Positions 11,587 to 23,499 of a stretch of 41,579 nt of DNA are shown one piece after another (positions within the stretch are counted from its first letter, which is position 1; each line of letters starts with the position of its first letter). A program made the translations under genes and the position numbers. Where the stretch lies: positions 12,988 to 54,566 of the forward strand of contig NW_014040186.1 of assembly GCF_001186125.1 (NCBI RefSeq). Direction: 5' to 3'. Under the pieces are notes generated by a model, which did no database searches, was not told where the DNA came from, and saw only the letters and a list, made by a program, of their open reading frames with translations. Source of the stretch: Sphaeroforma arctica JP610. Its lineage: Eukaryota.

Positions 11587-11819
11587 TGATGCTATTTTAT
11601 TTCGACTTCTCTGCAACAATATCTCACGCTGCTCACATGACGCCTATCCGCATTGGTTGTGACTCGCATATAACAGCAGCTATTTTTAGAATGTTGCGGT
11701 TGGCAAACTTAATCCACTCTCGGGAGTTCGTTGAAAAACCTAATCTACTCTCGGGAGTCGGTTAAGTACTAACTCAATTCTCAGGAGTAATTTAAGCAAG
11801 TTGATTAGCTCTCGTTCTG

Positions 11820-13080
11820 TAAAATCTGGACTGAGACCTGTAGTCTTTCAATAACGACCAAGCCGATATTGGAAACACATCAACACCGTGCCAGCTACAG
11901 AACGTTTTATTTAGTTTCTAAACCACTGGAGTATCTAGTTACGATCAGATGATGTACACCGCAATGGACAGCATAGAGTGTGTAGAGATGGGCTGGAGAT
12001 AGCTCAGATACTCTATACGATTGTTTATCGTGTCACAGCGTGCACGTAATTTGTGAGACAAAAGCAGCCCCCGGAGCCCTACACAGATCGCAGGAGTGAT
12101 ACATCTAATTTAGGTGTTGCCAGTGGATTTAGCCAAGAGGCCGTGACTAGGCACGTGCGCATGTGAAGACAGATATCTGAGCTCAGAGTACAAAGAGCCC
12201 GATAGGCCAGTACTGGGTTCCGGATTGTAACACAAACATTAATAGTGTCTCTTCTGCTACTGCCGGCCTCCGCAAAAGTTTGGGCCTGGCAATCATTCTC
12301 CTGGGAGATATATATTCTATACAATTAATTTATTTAGGGGGGTTTGGCGAAGAACGTGGCTGTAAGGGATCGGTTTATAATTCAGCTATGCGCGGAGACG
12401 ATGACGTCAAAGGCGCACATGTGTTCTGTTACTAAGTATAGTATTGCCGCGGCCAATAGCATTGTCTACGCTCCGATCCGTAGCTATGAGAACAGTCAAT
12501 CAATACCTGAGATTTATAGGCTGCAGTCCCTAGTCACGGATACAGGATGCGTTTGAGTCTACGATTTACTACGAACTGGATCATACATACTGTGATCCGG
12601 AAGATAAGGTGTATACATTTTTATTAGACTCAGTCATATCCGTGCTCCAGAAATCGCTCAGGCAGAGCCATGTGGTGTACAGGCATCGACTATCGCCAAA
12701 CCAGATTAGTGGTAGCCATTGTATCACCTACCCTGCCGTTCAAAAGATCGTAGCCAGGATGAATGGAACGCCCAAGTCGTTTCTAAAAAACGCCCTGGGA
12801 CTACCGTACTAGGCAACAATACTTACCTAATAAGGCCGGCGTGGGAGTACCCAATAGGAAGTTTAATTGCTCGATCACAGATGAATCCACAGATGTGCTG
12901 TTGCCAGGGATATGGTTCAACGGAAGTCTGCTCTATTCAAAGTAGCGAATCAGAATGTCGTGTCTCCATGACTACAGGAGTAGTGCGAATATTTTACTGG
13001 TTCACCAGTACAAGTGAAATCCTACAGTCGGTCACTGTAGTTACAAGTATGACATACCCCAATACGAACCAGCATTAGAG
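11820..13080 (+). pseudogene. Highly decayed non-LTR retrotransposon reverse transcriptase
   Basis: Colinear motif relics across frames: LRPV (cf. YRPI), VDLAK (cf. DLAKAFD), a possible broken YADD near 12388, YTFL (cf. YKYLG), LSPNQ, FLKNALGLP and AGVGVPN (cf. GGLG.P). Confidence 0.4.
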
Positions 13081-13289
13081 AGTTATAAAAACCCGCCTAG
13101 TGGGGTCCAAATATAGAAGAAATTACATTCTACAATAACGCAGTAGAGGCACGGCCATAACAGAAAAGGTTGTGTATTGCACGAGGTATCTCACCATGTA
13201 CATTGGTGGTACAATGATGCAGCTTAATCAGAAGGCTCTAGAAGTGAACACGTTGCAATGACTTGTAGTACTGATTATCCTGTGACCTC

Positions 13290-15048
13290 TGCTTTTGTAT
13301 ACAGTAAGGCCTGACACTTGAGCAGAAAACAAACACCTCGTAAGGTAGCAAAATATTTTCATTGAATCTATTGTCAAATCGAAAGTTGTCACTACACCGT
13401 CACGAATTCAATTGGACAGGGTTTTAGGGGTTTAAATAAAATAAAATTGCAAAATTCGGTCAACATGTCTCGTTCCCAATATCCCGTGCAGATTTGTCCT
13501 GTTCCTAGTATAGATTTTCTGCATGTTTTATGTCGTTCGTGTCGGCGAACTGCTGTCAACTGATGGATCCAAAGAAACCTTGCCGAATTCCTTAAGTTTG
13601 AATAAGTTCTAACCCATAGTAAACAATTCTGCCAGGCCTGGCATCAATTGTTTTTCATCACATCCTGGTCAGCACGATTCGTTTGGGACAAATGAGCAAA
13701 TGATAGTTATGTTTTAGTCAGTGGTCTTTCTTTTTTCAGGTTGATACTTTCAGCCAATAATGAACTTTGTGTATATGTGCGGTCAGTGCAAACCAACGAT
13801 GTAGTGTCACGCCCAGTGCATTCTCCAGTACTACTCGATTATTATACAAAGACGTGCCATCCATGAGCGACGTGTTGACTTTGTACACAATCTCCCCTGC
13901 CAAAATGATTGATTTTACTAAAGTATATTAACCGGTGTTAAAAACCAAGAGTTGGGTTGATTTATTGATAGCCTGTGCAACTAATAACGACCGCTAAAAT
14001 GGGAATACTCCAAAAATAGTGAATGAACTCATTTCAAGTAGACAAAAATCCCCCCGGAACCCCCAACGAAAATATGAAAACACTGATGTCGACGTACCAC
14101 ATATTTCTCACTAAATTTATTATACAATTGAAAGTTGCCATTGTCATACACTTAACTGAACGCGGGATGACCCAATATAATTGCGAAATTCGTTGAACAT
14201 GTCTCATTCCCAGTATATTCGAAAAGGTTGATACCTTTCAGCGTACACGTAGTGTCACGTTCAGTGCATTCTCTAGTACTACTCGATTATTGTGCATGGG
14301 CATGCCATACACGAACGACGTGTTGACTTGGTACACAATCTACCTCGCCAAAAAAGATTTATTCTATTGAAGTACATTAACCGGTGTTAGAATCAAGTGT
14401 TGGTTTGATTTATTAATAGCTTGTGCAACTAATAACGACCGCTGGCAGGGAAAACTTCAATTATAGTGGATGACAATTCAAGAAGTAGAAAAACAAAAGT
14501 GGAAACCCCAACGATAAAAGCATGAAAACGACGTACCACATATGGGAATAGTTAATATCTCCTAAAAAAATACTATGGATATCATTGTACATACATAAAG
14601 TTATGTATTGAGCGCCGTAGTGTGTATTCATCTCAAATGACAGACATCTTAGTCGTTCTAGTAACAACAAGATGACGGAAGAATAATCCATATATGATGA
14701 ATGGCAATTCAAGGTGAAAATATTTTAACAAAAGCGAATCCAGAACGGATACATGCAAATATAATTTCATTGCTTTTGTATACATAACAGGCCTGACACT
14801 AGAGCCTTAAAAGAAACATTTCATATGGTAAAAAGGGGTTTCACTGAATCTATTGTCCAATCGAAAGATCGTCAAACATTCAACTGGGCGCGGCCACTGG
14901 CGCAATAAAATCGCAAAATTCGGTCAACATGTCTCGTTCCCAATATCCCGTGCAGGGTTGTCCTGTTCCTGGTATAGAGTTTTTGCATGTTGTATGTCGT
15001 TCGTGTCGTCGGGCTACTGTCAACTGACTACGTTTAATTAGTTCTAAC
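13290..15048 (-). mobile_element. Cluster of tandem family F (Fanzor-like) fragments
   Basis: Pieces lie at ~13290-13800, 13800-14240, 14242-14545 and 14775-15048. Minus-strand peptides include RRHERHKTCRKSILGTGQICTGYWERD, RRHERHTTCKNSIPGTGQPCTGYWERD and NFAILLRQWPRPVECL. Confidence 0.55.
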
Positions 15049-15667
15049 TGTCGAGCAACATATGCCGGGTTGACTGATAAAGTTCCAGTATCAGTATCAA
15101 ACAGATCCAAAGGATGACCTGAACTCTTGTCCATCTTGACCGAGTCAGTTTTGATTTCTTGATTCAAATTGTGGGTGTTCAATCTTTTGAAATGAAAGGG
15201 TGAAGTCTCGGCATTTGAGCTCCATTCTTATGAATACATTAGTCTAGATCATGCGACCTATTCCTTAACGACGGAGATGATCGAACTGCGGATTTGCACC
15301 GCTGATGTATTTGTAAAATAGGAAAAGGACAAAGCACCTCAAATAAATATCAAGGCGACCAATGGGGTTCACATATTTTTTACGTGAAAATACAATTTTA
15401 GCTGTACATTTACACATTGGTGCAAATATGGCAAAGCTGTGCCAATTTGTACAAATATGGCAAAGTTGTGCCAATAGGTTTTTAGCGTAGTGCTTTATTG
15501 TATATTGCCTTGTAGTCTTAAGTGTAACGAGGCCATGTATTTTACGAATACTCGGGAGTAATACAATAGCGAGGAATTTCTATAATGACATTCTAAGCGC
15601 AGAGTATAGTCGCATATTTAATGTAGATGTACCTGTAATCTAGAACATGGATTTTCAAGCCATGGCG
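15049..15667 (-). repeat. 3' LTR of element A
   Basis: tgtcgagcaacatatgccggg...ttcaagccatggcg is a direct repeat of 24702-25332 with substitutions and indels. Confidence 0.9.
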
Positions 15668-15675
15668 TCCCCCTT
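15668..15675 (-). promoter_or_regulatory. Polypurine tract of element A
   Basis: Plus-strand tccccctt reads AAGGGGGA on the minus strand, immediately before the 3' LTR. Confidence 0.75.
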
Positions 15676-18321
15676 GCGAAAGAAGCGAGTGATGCCAGTG
15701 TGGAGCGAGTCTGTCTATTAATAGTTATGTAGCATCTAGGGACCAGATTATCAAAAGCCAATCCAAATGCCAAAACCCAGAATCATCAAATAATGAGTTT
15801 TAGAATTAGGCCTGGAATATTTCTGAATTAGAGTCATCAGAAATATTAGCGGTAGAACCGGTAGGCTATACCGGGACTCCCGCGTGTGAGAGAAACACTT
15901 AAAGTACATCTGAGTCTAGTAAAAACACAAATAAAGACTCAGTTTCGTTTTCTCAGACTAAGGACTTTTCCTAGCTGAGATAACCGTGCGTGAGAAGAGG
16001 TCTATTGTATCCTATTGTCTCGTACCTTTCAGCTACTCTCCATACTCTACATTTTTTACAATATCCTTAACTAGATAAGTCTAACAGTTTACGCTCTACG
16101 ACCTGAAAAGAAGTAGAAGTGAAGTAACACACTAAGTGTCTTTAAAAAACCTTTATTGAAAACATCCCACAAGGATTTCGAATAACTAAAGAGAAAGCAC
16201 TAGAAGAGAGAGGCTTCAAAAAGAAACACGGACCGGAACAGGAAACAGACCGAAGACTCTCTACAACCAGAGGCTAGCAATAACAAGGGCCAGAAGAAAC
16301 TTACAAGAAGTCAACTGAAGAAGTTTGAGAAACGAAGAGAAGGCTCAAATTAGGTAATAATATTGTGTCTACAACTGTAACGAGGGCAAACGTGGTGTTT
16401 CACGTTATACAAGCGAAAGTATCGTGTGCAGAGTTGTTACAAAAAGCTATGCAAGAGTGAAAAACGTGTGCCAGTGAACAAGTGAGCAGTAAAGAGGCTA
16501 AAACTGTGAATAAAAGGTGAAGCTGTCACAGTGATCTTTTCATCAACTAGAAGATTTTTCTAGATTTTCGAACAAGAAAAAACATTGATGAAATGCGCAC
16601 AAAAAGGACATTATCATATCACTTAGTCGCCGCATACAGTACTCGTACACAAAACACAGTAAACGAAAGCGGGTAACACAAGACAGATAGATCATTGAAC
16701 GCGCAAATACAATCACTTAAATCAGCTAGCACATTACACGCTCGAAATATTACAAGTTACACAAGGACGATACACATCTCAAAACAAAGAAGCAAACACG
16801 TATGGTCAGGTGCGAGTTAGTTTCACACCAAAAAGACAATCGAAAGGCAAAATATCTTGAATTTCGAGGTACACGAGATTGCCATATGTACAATAACGAT
16901 AGATTAAACAACACAAAGCATGAGAAGACAGTAACAGTACACAACACATACAATTACTTTCAATGCAAACAATAAACTCAAGAAGGAGTACAATTGAAAT
17001 TGAGATGCACACAAATTAGAAGACACACATAGAATGGCTGGCTGACAAATTAGCCTACAACACACACACAGAGAATTCAGGGTATACAGCATTCATAGTA
17101 TACACAACACCTGATACACCACACTCAAAGGTACTAACGTCCTCAATGCAAGCGATAAACTTAGTAGTGAGCGCAATTAGCAAGGTGATGTACACAAATC
17201 GATGTTACAGATAGAAGAGTGGGCTAAACAATTAAGTCTAACACGCACATAGACTTCAGATTGCACACAGCAATTGAAGCAAAGTGCAACTACTTGAGGG
17301 TTTAGGGTTAAGCGAGAACATAGCACTAAATGAATTTTAAAGAATCTCAGAAAAACACAATGATTAGCCTATACACCAAAAACATTCATAACGCATCGCG
17401 CGTTAGATCAATGAATGAGAGTATCAATAGTGCTAAGAGGGTTACACAAATAGATGACCACACGACATTGTCACAGTACTAAATACAACGACAAGCACAT
17501 AGACTGAAACGCAAAGTTACAGTTCACAATTCAGGAACAATTGGTTCCTGGCTCAATAATTGCAAATCACATTGACATTTAAGATCAATCGCAAATCACA
17601 TTGACATTCAAGATCAATAATGAACTTGATATGCAAAGACATGGTGATACATAAGAATTAACAAGTGAAAGGGTACAAAATACAGACACAATTCACGACA
17701 AATCAGCTCCAAGACAGGCAGCACACCAGTGATCACACAATCAAATCGAAATTTAAGCTCGATTAGAAGTGGTATGCACACGAATGACATGAACAAGGCA
17801 TGACCAAGTCAAGCATTCGAAGCAAACACTATAATAATAAGAGACAAGTTTTAAAAAGTGCACACTAGGAAGTCAAGCATTCACACTGCAAAGAAATGAC
17901 AAGATATACCTAAATCGCATGCACACAAGATACAGATCGAAATCAGGGGTATACATCGGGCAATATATGGCACTATACACACTGACTAACGATGAGAACC
18001 CACCCTTGAACAAAATAGGCACTGACTAACAATTGAAACACACTCGATAACAAAAAGGCATACGAGAAGTACAATCAATAAGACCGAACACCAAGGGTGA
18101 ATCCAACAGACCTGCAATCCCACAGGTAAGGTCAATAAGGCTGGAATTTCATAAGGGCAAACACTAGGACCGAACAGCTATGTGTAACGTCACGAGGACC
18201 GAACATCTAGGGGTGACGTCACTAGGACTGAACGGGGGGGAGGGGGTGAAGCGCGCGCTTTCGCACAGAACCTATATAGAGTCTTTAGTTAACACCCACA
18301 CACCAACACAGACTTCTGAAA

Positions 18322-19697
18322 ATGCCAACAGCAACCAGAACAAACGTGTACAATGGGGTTGAGGGTAGTGAAGGCGCAGGTGACGTGGGAATCAGCCCAA
18401 TGGGGGAGGTAAGCCCAGGCAGTAGTTCGGGTCAGCCTACACCGGCGGGAGTACCCATCGCAGCGTCAGCAATGCGTCTAGAAATAGACAAGAGTATCTG
18501 TCAAGGCAATCATGTTCTGGTCAGTCGGTTTGTGTCCAAATTGGAACAGACAGCACCGGTGCCCATTATCAACAGCCAGAGCGTCGCATGCCACTAGTGA
18601 ATGCGGAGCTCAGACGACGATATGACCAAGCGATCAATGGTGGTGATGATGAGGAGGACAAACTCATACAAATTAGTTTGTACATTAGTGAGCTAGAGCT
18701 CATGCGTTCCCGTTTAGGAGATCAGATAAATGAACCGTCTCTTAAGAAATTGCTCAAGACTTCGGAATTTCTCAAGATGCCTAAGGATAGTTTCCTTATA
18801 TCGGAAAACTGTGAAGATATCATAGAGTTCACTACACAAAGTAGTGATCTGTTCTTAGCTACGACAATGCCACTGTGTCAGTATCCAGCGCTAGTGAGAA
18901 GACTATTATTTTCCGCTGATGCAACGGAAAAAAACAAAGCAGTACTCAATAACATAAGAGACTCCAAGACACAAACGACTAGGCACTTCAATGATCCTGA
19001 TCAGTTCAATAGAATCATTATTGATCGACTCAGGTCACACCCAGTAGACTATCTATTGGAGAAGTTTCTCAATGACATGCAGAATAAGAAGATGAACGTC
19101 GAAGTGCGCACAGAGCGTGTGCACAAGACAATGGCGATGTTAGAGGAGCGTTACCGCAACTCAGACAAGGAACCCATACACTTCCAAATCCTCAAAGTAC
19201 AAAGGTACCTAGCACTTAAGTGCTATGTACTACAATCAGTAGTGGATCTCCTAATCAAAGGAGACAAGTAACCTGATGGAAGTGAAGGACACCTGTCTGA
19301 CATAGAACATACCAAGTTTCATACTATGACTGAGACACACATAAGAACGGCGTCTGTGACACAAGGAGAGCGTATGTTGAGAGAACAGGCGCGAGCTGCA
19401 AATAAGTGCAACAACACACAGACGAACGCGCAAGTGAAGGATAACTCCACGGACGCCAACAAACGTCACAAGACAGACAATGGCTCACAAAACCAGAACA
19501 AGTATGGGGGGCAGACACAGAAAAAGAAAGGAGCTCGTGAAGAACGTGCATGCCCACATCGGTACAGCGAATGTCCCGATAAGAAAGCAGTTCAAGCCAA
19601 GAAGGCTGTGCAGCGAGCCAAGAAAGATGTACAGATAGCAAGACTGTCCATTACAACTGGCAAGGTGGAAGACATCACAGAGGGTGATGAGCACTGA
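18322..19697 (+). pseudogene. Gag-like region of nested Gypsy element B
   Basis: Three consecutive ORFs (18322-18597, 18588-19271, 19326-19697) lie directly upstream of the protease. The basic C-terminus carries a knuckle-like CPHRYSECP. Confidence 0.6.
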
Positions 19698-19819
19698 AAA
19701 CACTGGTGGGCGGAAGCGAACACGATTGACCTGGCTGACAGACTCAATGTATTAACAAATGAAGAAACGTCGTTAATAAATGCAAATGATATAAAATATC
19801 AACCTTTATCTTTACTTCC

Positions 19820-21066
19820 CGCACCACGAGACCAACGTTTACACACTGATATACAAATCAATGGCAATACATACAATGCACTAGTAGACTCAGGGGCACA
19901 ACGCTCATGCATGGACAAAAGTGTAGTTTCAGAACTATATCTGTCTGTTAGAGCCCAACCTGGGTATATACAACTAGCACAAACAGATGCAAGAATACAA
20001 CGCACTGGATCAACAGAAGTTTGTGACACTAAACTATGGAAAGAGGAAGACCTCTCAGTGCTTTGAAGTATTGGACTTACCAGACAAAAAGACACCAATA
20101 CTTCTAGGTATGAACATTCTACCATACATAGGTATATACAAAGCAGGGTTAATCAACCTACTCATACCAACAGATGCAAAATGGGAATCACTCCTCCCAT
20201 CACATGAAGAGGATCCAGAGCATGAGCAAGAAGGTTTCAGAGAGTCACTTACAGACCTCCTGGATACCAATGCGAAAATACCCCCTGATGTTCATTGCAA
20301 CCTACCAGGCTCCACAGTCACGGTACCTGCAAATGAAATCAACGTCAGACAAATGAGGCACGCTAAAGTTAACTTTGTTCCGCACAAATACATTCCGCAA
20401 ACGGACGAGAATGTGCAACGATGGCTTAAAGATGGCCATATATACAAACACGACAATCCCACAACGGTAAACCTGCCGTTGTTATCAACAGGTGAACATG
20501 ACCAAACAGGTCCACTCAAGAAAGTCAGGACATGTCTAGACTTACATGAGATCAATTATCAATATGAACAGGACAAGTTTGTGTTACCAAAAATAAAGGA
20601 AGTGTTACACAACCTACAAGGAGCACAGTTCTTTTCAAAACTAGATCTTACTGGAGGATTTCATCACTGCCTAGTAGACAAAGCAAGCCAACACTTCTGC
20701 ACATTCTCGTGGAGAGGAGCACAATATTCATTCAAGTCCGCGCCGTTTGGACTACACTCACTCACAGCACAATTCCAGAGAGTCATGGCGAATCTACTCA
20801 TAGAACAAGTGTGCCTTTGCGGTCAAAGTGGTCAACATTCTTGGGGTGAAAGTCACCACACAGGGACTCAAAGCAGACACTGAGAAACAGAAAAGAATGA
20901 TGGATTGGCCACTACCCAGAACAAAAAGAAACCTGCACAAAGCAGGGGGACTAGCAAATTTCATCGCGATCATGTCCCCAACTTTGCTCACACAACGAAA
21001 CACTTTCGGAACCTTATGAAGGGGAAAATGAACCAGAACATATCCATGTTATGGACACCGGAACTT
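19820..21066 (+). pseudogene. Aspartic protease and reverse transcriptase of Ty3/Gypsy element B
   Basis: ALVDSGA at 19878; RTCLDLHEIN, FSKLDLTGGFH, APFGL, FQRVM, then KCAF...ILG...DWPLP...GLANF and LWTPE. The YxDD segment is deleted near 20805. Confidence 0.92.
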
Positions 21067-21067
21067 A

Positions 21068-21509
21068 AATGACTTTGTCAAGGACATCAGGTATGAGTTT
21101 CCATGGTGGATTCACCCATGCATTAACTTCCTGTGCCCACTTTTGTTGTAGTGCATTATGTTCTTTGGTGTAGTATTTATCTGTGTGCGCATTGTGTGCC
21201 AATGCAAACAGATCTACTGTGAACTTCCCAAACCTTCGTTCCGCTTCTTGATAGAATCTGGGATATAAAATCCAGTCTCTAGCCGAAACGGTTATGGGCG
21301 TGTTCGTTTCCAAGGTGGTGCAGTCTTGGCTATTTTGTGTTGCCTCATTCGCCTGTTGTAATACTTTTGACTCTTTAGTACTAAAAGTATCTTCATGGAG
21401 ACGTGACAACATATCTACCATCTGGTTGTTCTTGCCTGGGACATGTATGATGGAGAAATGGTGGTGGAAAGTTTTTGCTATGCACTTGGCTAGCATTGGG
21501 TGTAACGTC
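21068..21509 (-). pseudogene. Inverted segment: Gypsy RNase H C-terminus fused in frame to a Dam-like DNA N6-adenine methyltransferase
   Basis: PMLAKCIAKTFHHHFSIIHVPGKNNQMVDMLSR, a linker, then DWILYPRFY...FGKFTVDLFA..HNAH...NALQQKW...WVNPPWKLIPDVLDKV. DLFA lies at 21203-21214 and NPPW at 21101-21112. Confidence 0.88.
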
Positions 21510-21511
21510 TA

Positions 21512-22270
21512 TTGACCCGCATATCCAAGCGACAGAGTCCAAGTGGACACCATAGGGCCACTATTGGATTCCAATAAAGGACACACATACGTGTTAGTAT
21601 ATCTTGACGTATATTCATCGTACGTCATTTTGCGTCCAATGATGGACAAATCAACGGCTACCATAGCACGCACACTGGTACCAATTATGTGTGAACATGG
21701 ATTTCCACAAATCATACAAACGGACCAAGGCACTGAATATGTTAACAACATACTCTCAAAAGTTGTTGAACAAGCGCCAATGCTACACCTAATATCTCAG
21801 CCGTATCAACCTAAAGTCATAGGCGCAAACAAACGATCACATAGAGACCTCATGCCACTGTTACGGAAATTCGTTGAACAGAATCCAGGTAACTTCCATT
21901 CGTACAGATGGGCCATATTCTGTGTATATCGAGAAGACACAAGTCACCGCGCTTTAATGTGTACTTAATCGTAGGCAGAATCAACTCACGGACTACAATG
22001 AGCCAGTGACCGCACCCAGTACAACAGTACCTTGGGAAGTGCAACTGCAAAATCTAGAAGAAGCCATTAGGCCACAACTAGAAAGCAATGTTGCACAGTA
22101 TCAAGAGAAGATGCGAGCAGCATACAATCGGAAATACCAACAGAAGTATGTGAACTTCAAGGGAGAGGACCTTGTCATGGTCTGTTATCAAGGTGAAATG
22201 AACAAGTTACAGCACCAAATGGCGGACCATACAAAATAGTATGCAGGGAGTGCAACGGGTATTATGTCTG
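21512..22270 (+). pseudogene. DDE integrase core and GPY region of element B
   Basis: PSDRVQVDTIGPL, YVLVYLDVYSSY, HGFPQIIQTDQGTEY, PYQPKVIGANKR (E position reads K) and GPYKIV. The N-terminal HHCC region is missing. Confidence 0.9.
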
Positions 22271-22274
22271 TATC

Positions 22275-23345
22275 CTTGATGGGACTAAAGCCGGCATGGA
22301 TTATTATATGGTGAGTCGCTCAGCGCGACTATGTTTTCAGCTAGCATCTCCTTGGCAATAGCTTCATATGCTTCCTCTTATATTTTACCTAAAGGGCATT
22401 GCTTTATGTAGATAGTCACTATGTTCTAATTCCAACTTGATGGGTGGTTGATCAAGAAAGTTGGTAATGCTTTATTAGCAAATCTTCAATTTGTGTTCTT
22501 TGCTGATGCTTAAAACCCAAGGGAATCAGTTTTGCTCTAGTTTCAGTATCTATGGGTATATCATGTATTATTTGTACATTTTTGTAATTAAATAGATCTT
22601 TAGGAATAGCTGAGGCAGTCAATATTTTTGCTGCGGTATCTCTATCACTAGTGGTATACAACTGAGCACCATTTAGGTCCTCAATCGTCCCCAATGGAGT
22701 ATTGTGCAGTCTTAACACTCGACCGGTAATATTTGTGATCATTGCCCTAAATATGCCTTCTCTTCGAGAGCCTTTGATCAAGCTAGGGGTGAATAAGTGT
22801 TTTGTAGCTTCTGTGGGTGTGAATACACATTCAGATAATACTTTCTGATACGTATCAACTTTGAAGATCACAATTATAGAAGTATTTGGTAATTCCTTTA
22901 TGTTTCCAGCAATACGTGCCAGGCCCGAGATATCTTTCTTTCTAGGCGTTGTTTTGAAGTTCAAATCTGTAACTTGTCTTTTGTAGGGGATTCTACCTCC
23001 TGTGAATAGATCATAGTAGGTCTTACGAGCAATAGTCAAGCTTGACATGTTTGTCAAGCCAATCCCCAACTAACATAACATTACATTTCCACCGCTCTAT
23101 AGGTATGTATGAATTGGTAGCCGTGTACCTTGCCACGAATTGTGACTTTGTATCGGGACCCTGAACTACCGAGTTCATTTAATCGCATGAGAGAAGGTTT
23201 TATCTTAATTATAGCTTCTGGAGTACACTTTTGAAGCTCTTGAACAGTCTTATGACTAGTTAGCGAAACTTGTGATCCATCGTCGAATAGAGTATTGCAA
23301 GTTTTATTCGAAACTGTTACATAGCCGCATTTCAGGTTACTGATG
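22275..23345 (-). pseudogene. Protease, linker and RT start of element A
   Basis: CNTLFDDGSQVSL near 23270-23300, ORF 22452-23069, then IAKEMLAENIVALSDSPYNNPCRL (start of a Gypsy RT). Truncated at the junction with element B. Confidence 0.75.
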
Positions 23346-23499
23346 AGATCTTCATCAAAATTCGATTTTATTTTAAAAATATAATATTTGTTCTCTCTGT
23401 ACCTTCATCTTTTAAGGAATTCATTTCCTATGATAGCATCGTTGTCTACAGATAAGTTTCTAAGGAAAGCCTCGACATCTTCTGTAGTAGAGATCTCAT

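Noticed and set aside
21065..21496. A complete DIRS element
   Set aside because: No tyrosine recombinase, DIRS-type RT, or inverted/split repeats are seen; the flanks are Gypsy RT and DDE integrase.
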